64,000 bases of DNA from Calditrichia bacterium (GTDB lineage Bacteria; Calditrichota; Calditrichia; JAJRVZ01): assembly GCA_963796965.1 (NCBI GenBank), contig CAWCNS010000004.1, positions 288,001 through 352,000 of the forward strand, written 5' to 3'. The notes beneath the pieces are model-generated. The model did not search any database and was not told the DNA's origin. It worked only from the letters and a program-made list of their open reading frames with translations. The first letter of the stretch is position 1. The number at the start of each line of letters is the position of its first letter. The position numbers were made by a program, and so were the translations under genes. Positions 54,659 to 64,000 of this stretch are shown here, one piece after another.

Positions 54659-57245
54659 GTGAAAAATCAAAAATCACAATATGATCGCAATGGAAATTTC
54701 AATTATTACAATGAGGATTTAAAATCTACAGGTATAACGGGCAGAAACTTTATTAAATCCGGTACGATAATTACAGCAGCAGCGGTTTTACTTTTCCTTG
54801 TTGCCTGGGCTCAGGATGCAACCTCGGCGAAAACGGACGGCCCTATAAGCAAGATGATTGCTTCTGTCTTGCGTGAGCCTCTTCCACCGGAAGACCTCTT
54901 CTGCAACGTCGAAGCCGAAGAAATCGTAATTCAGGGACCGACCTTTCGGTATACGCTGGACCGTAGCAGTGGTACGATACGCGAATTGGAAGTCCGGCGG
55001 GAAGGTCGTGTTGTCGTTTCGCTACAGGCACCGGCCGACATTGTCCTGGACGACTATCGACTGTGTGCCGACGGCAATTTGGGAAATACAATCGTTGCTG
55101 ACCAGAGCAAGGAGAAGGTTGTTCTGAAAACAGAAGGCGTCCTGAAAGACCAGGGACGGCGCGGTCCTGATATACCTTATTCTCAACTAATCACTTTTTT
55201 CAACGATGGTGTGGTCGTCTCCCGGATCAGTCTCCGGCCGCGAGAGGATATTCACGTCAAGAACTCGCTGAACCATCGCCTCACGGCGCAAGGCCGGTTC
55301 AGCCATTACTTTCACAAACGAAGAGACGATAACGGCATGGGAAGCGAAGCAAGCTCCCTTCCGCCTTCTGGGGAATCGATTATACTAACTTCGCTGACCT
55401 CGTGCCTGGAAGTATTCAGCCAGGAGGCGGCGCTGGCCATCTTCACCGACCGAGGTGCAACCCACCTGGCGGAGAAGGGAATGCAAACGGCTACAATCAA
55501 GGTTCACAAGAAGACCTCCGGTCAGTCTACAGTCTCATTGACGCAGAACATTATCAATATTGGGTCGTTAGGCAAACCTTTCCTGATTAAAGCCGGCGAG
55601 GAGTTCACGTTTCGGACGGGAATCTGCCTTGCCCCGAATCGATTGCCCCATCCCAGGCAACATGATCTGCGCATGTATATTTGGATCGGCGATCAGAAAA
55701 ATCCTTATCCCACTAATCGGGAGATTTTGGATGCCGCCCACCTGGGTTTTACTCTCTTTCAAATGCATCGGGTAGGAACGCCTGGTGAACCACGTCCGCC
55801 GGCGGGTGAATTAGATCGGGTTATCGCGAAAGTGCACGAAGCGGGAATGCTTTTCATCTGGACGGCGAATGCAGACCTCATGTATGCCAATTCCATGGGA
55901 GTCACCCGACATGAAAAGCAGCGGCAAATGGCCGCTTTGGCAAGGATTCAATTATGGAGGCCGTTACAAAGCAGAAATGGACCCCTACTGCAGTCTGGTT
56001 GCCACGTGCCTTGCCTCTCCAAATGGATTAGCAGATTATCGGGTCGCTACGATCACTGAAATGCTGAAACATTATGATGTTGACGGAATGTATATTGATG
56101 ACAACCTGGGCTATTCAAATTGTCCTCTCTGGAAAGAGCATGACCATCCTGAAAAGGTGTATGACTGCCTGATTGAACTGCACGAGATGAACTGGCGACG
56201 GCGACAGGAACTCCGAAAGAAGTGTCCGCATATGGTATTGATCGACCATTGCACAAATGCCCTGGTACTGCCCGTGATCAACACCTTCGACGTGCACCTG
56301 TTCGGTGAGGGATACAACATCTCGCTCGATGACTACCGGGACTACTTCATGTCCGTTAAAAATTTGCATGGTCAGGGATGTTTGTGGGCGGGAGATACGG
56401 AGGGAACCCGGGTTGGCGTTCAGGCTGCTTACAACCTGGACCTGCTCACCGGGGGTGGGCAATACAGCTATACTGATTGGCGGCTCTACCCAAAGAAATT
56501 CCCCTATGCTGCGGGTGTCAGAGATTTCGAACCGCTGTTCGTCAAAGCTTACAATCTGGCTCAGTTCTACTTCGGGATGTACGAGTCGCAGGCATACTAC
56601 TTTAATTCGTCCGGTAAGACGTTCTCTACGATTACACCGAACACGTATGCCACGATTTATCGCAATCAGACTTGGGGCGATTTTATGATTCCCATCATCA
56701 ATTTGAATAACGGGGAGAAGACAATAAATTTGGAATTCCATCAGCCGGATAAACTCAATATCGATCCGCATGCGGATTATATGCGGTTTGACGTGAATGA
56801 GCGAACAGTCAATCGTGTGCCGGGAGAAACGTTCAGGAAAGGGCTTCGCGACATCCAGATACCCGGTCAAGGTCTCAAACTGTTCTATGTGCGTGAGATA
56901 CCGAAGAACGCTCCTTATCATTTGTTTGGAGGGAAGAGGATTTCGGAATCATGGTCCGAAAATGACCACAAACTCGTCGTGATGCTGCAGGCACCGTCTG
57001 GGCTGAAGGAAATAGTATTGTTGGATGCTGTGGATCGTGGCATCGAGAGCATTTGGGTTGACGGAAAGCCAGCCAGGTTCTTTCTCGATTCGTCGCGTGG
57101 AATCGCTCACGGCGAAGTGACCTTTGCTATCCGTCCTGTCGCGGTCGAGGTGATATTCTCTCCGAATTCTCGCTCAAAACTGACAGATAAAGCGATCACT
57201 CCGGACGACCTTGTAGTGAAATATCTGCGAAATAAACAACGGTAG
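54659..57245 (+). CDS. Large secreted hypothetical protein, putative glycoside hydrolase; frameshift near 55905
   Basis: Overlapping ORFs 54659..56059 and 55869..57245; YDVDGMYIDD, CPLWKEH, IDHCT, LFGEG. Confidence 0.6.
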
Positions 57246-57304
57246 GGCGATTTGATATCGAAAAATCAGGTTGTTGTTCGAATAAGAGTGAAAATTAGAA
57301 ATCG

Positions 57305-60115
57305 TTGCACAGAATAAACAATAGTTTGAGGAGGCTCAGATTGGAACTAAAAGATAGGTTCACTTTATTTTTCACAATTGTATTGCTTTTATTTGTCTCT
57401 TGTCAAAAAGAAGAAATTATCATTAAATCTTTTGATCTCCGTTGTGAAAATCGGGTTAATCCTCTATGTATTGATATTTTGTCACCCCATTTAAGTTGGA
57501 AACTGGAATCCACACAGCGGGGAAAAAGGCAGTCAGCTTACCAAATCATCGTAGCAGACTCAGAGGACAAACTATCAAAAAATGATGGCAATCTATGGGA
57601 TTCAAAGAAAATAGACTCGAATCAATCCATTCAAATTAAATATAAAGGGAAGCAACTCTCAAGTAGTCTCATCTGCTTTTGGAAAGTTCGCGTATGGGAT
57701 GAAGATGGCTTTATCTCCGATTGGAGTGAAACATCCACCTGGGAAATGGGATTGGTTTCACAGGATGATTGGAAAGCGGAATGGATCAATGATGGCAAGC
57801 CAGATCCTCAAAAAACAGAAGATTTTTATAAAGATGATCCGGCACCACTTTTTAGACATGATTTCACTGTAAAGAAGGATATAATAAAGGCAAGAATGTA
57901 TATTAGTGGTCTGGGATATTATGAAGCCTATATTAATGGTGAGCGGGTTGGCGATCAGGTCTTGGATCCTGGCTGGACGAATTACAGTAAGCGTGTCCTG
58001 TACAGCACGTATGATATAACTGATCTTATTAAGAATGATGGAAACTGTATAGGTGTAATGCTTGGCAATGGCTGGTATAACCCCTTGCCAATGACCATGT
58101 GGGGATATCTTAACCTACGAGAGCATCTTCCAATTGGCCGACCAAGATTTATTGCCCAGATCAAAATCAATTATAATGATGGTTCATCAGAACTCATTGT
58201 TTCAAATGTGAATTGGAAAAAACATGAAGGTCCGATAATTCGTAACAATATATATCTGGGAGAGATCTATGATGCACGTAAGGAGATAACCGGATGGAAC
58301 GAAGTTGGATTTGATGATAGTAACTGGAAGTCGGCAATCATAGCAAAAGAAAAAGTTGGAAAGTTGCAAGCCCAGAATCAACCACCCGTTAAAATTACAG
58401 GATATATAAAGCCCGTTAATATTACTGAACCCAAGCCAAATGTCCATATCTACGATATGGGACAAAATTTTGCGGGCTGGGTTAAACTAAAAGTAGAGGC
58501 ACCGGCTGGGAATCGGATAACTCTCAGGTTTGGTGAGCTGCTTTATGAGGACGGAACACTCAACCCTATGACCAGCGTAGCCGGTCAAATTAAGGGAAGG
58601 AATAAAGAAGGTGAGCTAAGAGGTGGGCCGGGGGTCCCCGATACGGCCTGGCAGAGCGATACCTACATCACCCGGGGTGGAGGTGTTGAAGAATATATAC
58701 CGCGATTTACTTTTCATGCCTTTCGATATGTTGAAATTACCGGTTATCCGGGTGAACCCGATGAAGATGCCCTAGAGGGGCTCCGTTTAAGTAGTAATCT
58801 CAAAAAGAGCGGCTCATTTGAATGTTCGAATAAATTGTTTAATGACATCCAAAAAATTACGGAGTGGACTTTTTTGAGTAATGTTTTTAGTGTACAGTCC
58901 GATTGCCCGCATCGAGAACGCTTTGGTTATGGGGGCGATATTGCTGCCACGACAGATGCGTTCATCTATAATTTTGATATGTTGAACTTTTATTCAAAGG
59001 TTGTTCGTGATTATCAGGAGGCGGCTCTTCCTGATGGCAGGTTAACAGATACAGCACCCTTTGTAGGGATTGACTATTGTGGTATTGGCTGGGCCCTTGC
59101 ACATCCGTTGTTATTATTAGATTTATATCAATATTACGATAATCGCCAACTAATTGATGAGCAGTATAATACTGCGCGAAAATGGTTTGAGGTCGTCATT
59201 TCAAATAACGATTTAATCATTACAGAAGGGCTTAATGACCATGAAAGTCTATCCCCAATGACGACGGAGGAGATGGTAACACCATTATTTCATCTGAGTG
59301 CAAAATACATGGCAAGATTAGCAGGGATCATAGGTAGAGATGATGATGCTGAAAGATATAATTCACTCTCACAGAGAATAAAAGATGCCTACCTTGAAAG
59401 GTTTCACGAAAAAGGAAGTGGAATATTTGCCCCCCATACGCAAGGGAGTCAGGCCTTTGCTTTATACACAGAACTTGTACCTGAAGAGGAAATAGAGATG
59501 GCTGTAATGGAACTTGTACAAAATATTGAAATTGTTCATCAGGGTCATTTGACTACAGGTTTATATGGAACTAAGTATGCATTAGATATGCTCTCCAAGT
59601 ATGGGCATGCAGAAACTGCTGGAAAAATGGTGAGTCAAACTGCTTTTCCGGGGTGGGGACATATGTTGGCCAATGGGGCTACTACACTTTGGGAACATTG
59701 GGAATATAGTGATAATACCTATTCACATAATCATCCCATGTTTGGTTGCGTCAGTGAATGGTTCTATAAATGGGTGGGTGGTATTCAGGCTGATCCTACG
59801 GCGTTGGGTTTTGAAAAAATTATTATACGTCCGCAAATAATTACTCAGGTTGATTGGGTGAAAGCGTCCCATAATTCCATTCATGGCCGGATTGAAAGTG
59901 AATGGGAACGAGAGGACAAGTCATTCACCCTGAACATTACCATTCCTATTAATACAACAGCGACAGTTTATTTACCCACTAAAGATAGCACAACCATCAG
60001 GGAAAGTGGATCCGAGATTGCAAAGATGAAAGATATTCAATTTATAAAAATGGAAAATGGCCATGCCATTCTATCAGTTGGCTCAGGTAGATTTTCTTTT
60101 GAGTCAAAATTATGA
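57305..60115 (+). CDS. GH78 alpha-L-rhamnosidase (probable start 57341)
   Basis: SGLGYYEAYING, DMGQNFAGW, PRFTFHAFRYVE, SDCPHRERFGYGGD, GATTLWEHW, SHNHPMFG. Confidence 0.92.
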   Translation: MHRINNSLRRLRLELKDRFTLFFTIVLLLFVSCQKEEIIIKSFDLRCENRVNPLCIDILSPHLSWKLESTQRGKRQSAYQIIVADSEDKLSKNDGNLWDSKKIDSNQSIQIKYKGKQLSSSLICFWKVRVWDEDGFISDWSETSTWEMGLVSQDDWKAEWINDGKPDPQKTEDFYKDDPAPLFRHDFTVKKDIIKARMYISGLGYYEAYINGERVGDQVLDPGWTNYSKRVLYSTYDITDLIKNDGNCIGVMLGNGWYNPLPMTMWGYLNLREHLPIGRPRFIAQIKINYNDGSSELIVSNVNWKKHEGPIIRNNIYLGEIYDARKEITGWNEVGFDDSNWKSAIIAKEKVGKLQAQNQPPVKITGYIKPVNITEPKPNVHIYDMGQNFAGWVKLKVEAPAGNRITLRFGELLYEDGTLNPMTSVAGQIKGRNKEGELRGGPGVPDTAWQSDTYITRGGGVEEYIPRFTFHAFRYVEITGYPGEPDEDALEGLRLSSNLKKSGSFECSNKLFNDIQKITEWTFLSNVFSVQSDCPHRERFGYGGDIAATTDAFIYNFDMLNFYSKVVRDYQEAALPDGRLTDTAPFVGIDYCGIGWALAHPLLLLDLYQYYDNRQLIDEQYNTARKWFEVVISNNDLIITEGLNDHESLSPMTTEEMVTPLFHLSAKYMARLAGIIGRDDDAERYNSLSQRIKDAYLERFHEKGSGIFAPHTQGSQAFALYTELVPEEEIEMAVMELVQNIEIVHQGHLTTGLYGTKYALDMLSKYGHAETAGKMVSQTAFPGWGHMLANGATTLWEHWEYSDNTYSHNHPMFGCVSEWFYKWVGGIQADPTALGFEKIIIRPQIITQVDWVKASHNSIHGRIESEWEREDKSFTLNITIPINTTATVYLPTKDSTTIRESGSEIAKMKDIQFIKMENGHAILSVGSGRFSFESKL

Positions 60116-60189
60116 TACTTTGATAGATACCCTCTGAGAATTATATGGTTATTCTTTAATTTATCCATTTATAATAACGGAATACTCTT

Positions 60190-62523
60190 ATGAATAAAAT
60201 AATTATAGCGATATATCTCATCCTGTCAATATCTTTATTAGCTCAGGATAAATCTGTCTCATTATCACGTCCCGCTATAGCTGATCGACAGCTGCTACTC
60301 TCAAATCTATGGTACGAAGGAATACCGCTTGGAAATGGCGATCTGGGAATGATTGTTTATGGCTCCGATGACAGATTGACTTTTGCCGTCGGCAAGAATG
60401 ATTTATGGGATCGACGGTATTATAAAGAGCCTGCTACACAAAAATTTTATACACCCATGCCAAAACCGGCATGCAAAATTCAGGTATGGCAGCCATCGGA
60501 TGAAACGGAGTCCGGAAAAAAACCTTTACAATCTGTGAAGCATACTCTATCGCTGGAAAAAGCAGAACTTATAACGTCGACCGCCCCTTTTTCAATAATA
60601 TCAAGAGTTCAAAAAGATCGAAACATCATATTTCTTGAATTTAAAAACATCAAAGAAAAGACTCTCATCTCTCTGAATCGAAGCAGCGACACATCCAATA
60701 CAGAAATAATTGATCCAAAACATCAGGTGAATAATAATATTGGGATTATTATTCAGGATTTGCCGGCTGAACGTACCTATCCGGAAGGGTTTCGATATGT
60801 TGTCAGCGCTAAAATCCTAAATGGCAAGAAGCCGGATTTAAAAAAGGATGGAATCATCTGGACGATTGAAAATGATTGTATTCTGGCAGTTGCTGTCGTG
60901 ACCACAAGAGATAAACCTCAGCCGGTATCCGCGGCCAAAAAAACAATCTCAGAAGTAACAGATTACCGCCATTTAGAAATCGCTCATAGGAAGCAATGGC
61001 AGTCATTTTGGGGCAAATCATGGATCAGGATTGATGATGTAGAAATACAGGATCTGTGGTACAATTACCTCTATTTGTTTAACTCAGCAACCCAACCCGA
61101 AGCCATTGCTCCCGGGTTATACTCCCCATGGATTGTTAATGATGAAAGTGCCTGGAGAGGTTCGTATACAACAGATTATAATTTCCAGCAAACGTATGAT
61201 GCAGCTTTATCCTCAAATCATGCCGAATTGATGGAAGCCTATTTCTCATCCGTTGAACGGACTCTGCCAAATGCAAGGGAACTCGCTCAAATATTATATG
61301 ACAAGAAAGGCCTCATATTTCCCCATGAAATGTTTCCCATAGATGCAAAAGGGAAACCTGTTGATGAAAAATCTTATTATCGACTTGAAACACCCTATTT
61401 GCTTAAACATTTTTGGGAGTATTATGAATATACGCAGGATGTCACTTTTTTAGAGGAACGATGTTACCCTCTTTTGTCAGAATGTGCGGAATCCATAATT
61501 AATATATTTATTACAGATGAAGGTAATGGAAGATATTCCGTTCCCAACTATAAATCCCTGGAACATCCTAAATCCCCACTTGCAAAAAACGGGACACCTG
61601 AATTGGGTTTTATTCAATATATTCTTAAAGCAGCGATTAGTGGTGCAAATATCTTAAACAGGGATAACGATCAGGTTTTGAAATGGCAAAAGATTCTTAA
61701 AGGGTTACCGTCCTATCCCACAGCACGAAATCATCTTGGAAAAATTTATGTGGACTGTGAGATCGATGATGATAACTGGAATGCAGCCCCCCCTGTGGAA
61801 TTAAAATTTAAAGGTTGGCGGCCATCAAAACTGGAAGGGAATACGGGTGCCTGGATGTATTATAATTTGCCAAATAGTCTGATGCATGTTTGGCCCTGTG
61901 AGCAAATTGATATAGATTCTCCCGATGATAAACTCTTGACCGCCATACGGACCTGGATGACCATAAAACTCGAGGGATCCAATAATCTTGTCTCACATCA
62001 TGTGATTGCTTCCAGACTCGGTATCAATTCTTATAATGATTTTAAACGAGATTTGTCTTTTCGGGCATTACCGAATGGTCTGGTTACGACAAAAGTAAGC
62101 AAGGTATCAAGTTCGTTTGATTACGATTGGGGGTATTTCCGATTTTGGTCCTATGGTCTTTTCATTGAGAATTGCGGACTTCCACTTGTCATTAATGAAA
62201 TGATGCTGCAGAGTCAAAATAATACAATCAAACTTTTTCCAACCCTCGATGTTCACAGAAAAGCAGAATTTCATCATTTAAGAGCACGGGGTGGTTTTAA
62301 GGTCTCAGCAAAAGTTGATCGTGGATTTGTTGAGTTAGCTGAAATAGAAGCTACAGTAGATGGGGAATGTCGGGTAAGACTACCATGGCCCTACAGTCTC
62401 CTGATCATCGAAAATATTTCATCAGGAGCATATGTATCTGTACAAAAAGATGGTAATGATATTGTTTTTGGGGCAAAAGCAGGAAATACCTACAGAATTA
62501 CTCCTAAAACCGCAAGAAGGTAA
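60190..62523 (+). CDS. GH95-like (alpha-L-fucosidase family) glycoside hydrolase
   Basis: [45 protein letters not shown]. Confidence 0.8.
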   Translation: MNKIIIAIYLILSISLLAQDKSVSLSRPAIADRQLLLSNLWYEGIPLGNGDLGMIVYGSDDRLTFAVGKNDLWDRRYYKEPATQKFYTPMPKPACKIQVWQPSDETESGKKPLQSVKHTLSLEKAELITSTAPFSIISRVQKDRNIIFLEFKNIKEKTLISLNRSSDTSNTEIIDPKHQVNNNIGIIIQDLPAERTYPEGFRYVVSAKILNGKKPDLKKDGIIWTIENDCILAVAVVTTRDKPQPVSAAKKTISEVTDYRHLEIAHRKQWQSFWGKSWIRIDDVEIQDLWYNYLYLFNSATQPEAIAPGLYSPWIVNDESAWRGSYTTDYNFQQTYDAALSSNHAELMEAYFSSVERTLPNARELAQILYDKKGLIFPHEMFPIDAKGKPVDEKSYYRLETPYLLKHFWEYYEYTQDVTFLEERCYPLLSECAESIINIFITDEGNGRYSVPNYKSLEHPKSPLAKNGTPELGFIQYILKAAISGANILNRDNDQVLKWQKILKGLPSYPTARNHLGKIYVDCEIDDDNWNAAPPVELKFKGWRPSKLEGNTGAWMYYNLPNSLMHVWPCEQIDIDSPDDKLLTAIRTWMTIKLEGSNNLVSHHVIASRLGINSYNDFKRDLSFRALPNGLVTTKVSKVSSSFDYDWGYFRFWSYGLFIENCGLPLVINEMMLQSQNNTIKLFPTLDVHRKAEFHHLRARGGFKVSAKVDRGFVELAEIEATVDGECRVRLPWPYSLLIIENISSGAYVSVQKDGNDIVFGAKAGNTYRITPKTARR

Positions 62524-62579
62524 AATCACCATTTCGAACAGAAAAGGTATCAAGTATCCTCAAACCAGGGAGCATTTCG

Positions 62580-63512
62580 ATGGCACGGAAAAAAAGTATG
62601 TTGGCCGAAGAGTGGTGGGATTATACCACACTTGATGAGAAAATATTGAAAGATGCAGCAAAATTAACAGAAAAAGATATGTCCGAGCTTTCCCGACCCG
62701 GATTTAGGGTTCAATTTTATGATACGATTGAGTCATTCTATCTGGCTGAGGCTTTGGAATATATCCATGCCTGGAAACAGGCGACCCCTTCAAATCCTAG
62801 TGGTATTTGCGGGCCAATAGGTCCAACCGAGCAATTACCTCTCGTAGCCGAACTGGTAAATAGCCTTAATATATCATTGAAAGATGCTCATTTCTGGGGA
62901 ATGGATGAATGGGTAGTGAATGGAAAAGAGGTCAACGAATCCCATCCCCTATCATTTGCAAGAACAGATAGAGAACTCTTATTCAATCGGATAAGGCCAG
63001 AATTAAAAATGCCTGAGGAAAATATCCATTTTCCTCAATCAGGTAATCTTAATGACTATACAACCAGTTTTGATCAGATTTGCTGCAAAACCATGCAGGG
63101 TGGACAGGGTGAAGTGAAGCATTGGGCTTTTAACGATCCAGTTAAGCGGGAGGGAAAATATGTCGATGCCCCACCGCCGGCAAATGACTATCGGAAATTA
63201 GCAACCAGGTTGGTTGATTTGCACCCTATTACATTGGCACAGAATGCCAGAACGTCCGGCGGCGGTTATATCGTTGGTGTTCCCCGGCAGGCATTAACCG
63301 TAGGTCCGGTTGAGACATGGAAATCTGAAATAGTATCCATTTGGCAGGCTGGTATGCACGATAATGCTTTTGGAATGAGATTAACAGCCTTTATGATATC
63401 TAAAAATATTGTTGATACGGCAGTACCCATGTCCCTTTTAGCTGATCATCCGAATGTTGTTTTTAATTATTATCGTGGTGGTTTTGGTGAGGTTGAAGTT
63501 GAAATGCATTAA
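62580..63512 (+). CDS. Second NagB/glucosamine-6-phosphate isomerase-like protein
   Basis: [44 protein letters not shown]. Confidence 0.75.
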   Translation: MARKKSMLAEEWWDYTTLDEKILKDAAKLTEKDMSELSRPGFRVQFYDTIESFYLAEALEYIHAWKQATPSNPSGICGPIGPTEQLPLVAELVNSLNISLKDAHFWGMDEWVVNGKEVNESHPLSFARTDRELLFNRIRPELKMPEENIHFPQSGNLNDYTTSFDQICCKTMQGGQGEVKHWAFNDPVKREGKYVDAPPPANDYRKLATRLVDLHPITLAQNARTSGGGYIVGVPRQALTVGPVETWKSEIVSIWQAGMHDNAFGMRLTAFMISKNIVDTAVPMSLLADHPNVVFNYYRGGFGEVEVEMH

Positions 63513-63526
63513 CAGAATAGATTCTT

Positions 63527-63671
63527 TCTCGCAAAGACGCAGAGGCGCAAAGAAGGCAAATAAAAAAATACAATTTAAAAGATTCATAATATTTTAAAAT
63601 TCTATATAAGTAATTGATACTCATAGTGTGTATTGTATTATTTTCCTCTGCGTCTTTGCGGCTCTGCGAGA
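63527..63671. repeat. Intergenic inverted-repeat element (CGCAAAG/CGCAGAG units)
   Basis: tctcgcaaagacgcagaggcgcaaag versus cctctgcgtctttgcggctctgcgaga, AT-rich spacer. Confidence 0.85.
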
Positions 63672-63694
63672 GATCTTTATAGGTCAGATATTTT

Positions 63695-64000
63695 ATGAAG
63701 AACATGAAAAATAAAATTGTCTTAGCGATTGGGGCGCATCCGGACGATGTGGAAATATTTGGTGCCGGAACGCTTGCTTTACTAAAGAACAAAGGCTGGG
63801 AAATTGCCATTGCTACGATGACAGCAGGTGATGTGGGATCGGTCGAATTGAGTCGAGATGAAATCAGCGAGGTCAGGAAACGGGAGGCAAAAAACGCGGC
63901 AGATCTACTCAATGCATCGTATTATTGTATGGACTGCGAGGATATATTTATTTCCTATGATCGTCTGACGTTACTCAAAGTGATTAAACTGATCAGGGAG
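63695..64000 (+). CDS. PIG-L family deacetylase, 3'-truncated by the window edge
   Basis: MKNMKNKIVLAIGAHPDDVE..TAGDVGS..RKREAKNAA. Confidence 0.85.
   Translation, partial: MKNMKNKIVLAIGAHPDDVEIFGAGTLALLKNKGWEIAIATMTAGDVGSVELSRDEISEVRKREAKNAADLLNASYYCMDCEDIFISYDRLTLLKVIKLIRE

Noticed and set aside
458..55905. About 15 frameshifts in otherwise intact genes, read as programmed frameshifting or mass pseudogenisation
   Set aside because: They are scattered single-base indels with no shared slippery motif and no other decay. Uncorrected long-read error is the simplest explanation; read polishing would settle it.
4001..63671. Repeats read as a CRISPR array
   Set aside because: The copies are inverted and dispersed, not direct repeats with unique spacers, and no cas genes are present.
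4318..63912. Minus-strand and short nested ORFs in the ORF track (e.g. 29723..30340, 54026..54670, 56115..56921, 63463..63912)
   Set aside because: They are shadows of well-supported + strand genes or translations of repeat arms, with no recognisable motifs.
1..64000. tRNA, rRNA, riboswitch or SusC/SusD genes
   Set aside because: None recognisable by eye; an Rfam/tRNAscan search was not possible.

Overview
AT-rich bacterial window in which essentially every real gene lies on the + strand. It holds about 38 genes for glycan and amino-sugar degradation: sialidase-like propellers, GH28, GH78, GH92, GH95-like, GH109-like, six-hairpin glycosidases, PIG-L deacetylases, class III aminotransferases, oxidoreductases, an FGGY kinase, two NagB-like proteins, aldolases, and MFS and SSS transporters. 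A C-terminal LLQNYPNPFN domain, Shine-Dalgarno use and no SusC/SusD suggest a non-Bacteroidota FCB-group organism (inference). About 15 single-base frameshifts are probably long-read errors. The most interesting signal is non-coding. (1) A complete IS110 element (46884-48592) has CT cores at both ends and a promoter formed only on circularisation. Its bridge RNA is directly readable: the donor guides match its own ends and the target guides match an intergenic repeat arm. (2) That arm belongs to a GxxExxY-nuclease-associated inverted-repeat element, present as one pseudogene copy plus three internally deleted derivatives and several related empty repeats. (3) A ~40-bp hairpin mini-element with compensatory base changes has inserted twice at the same position of that arm.
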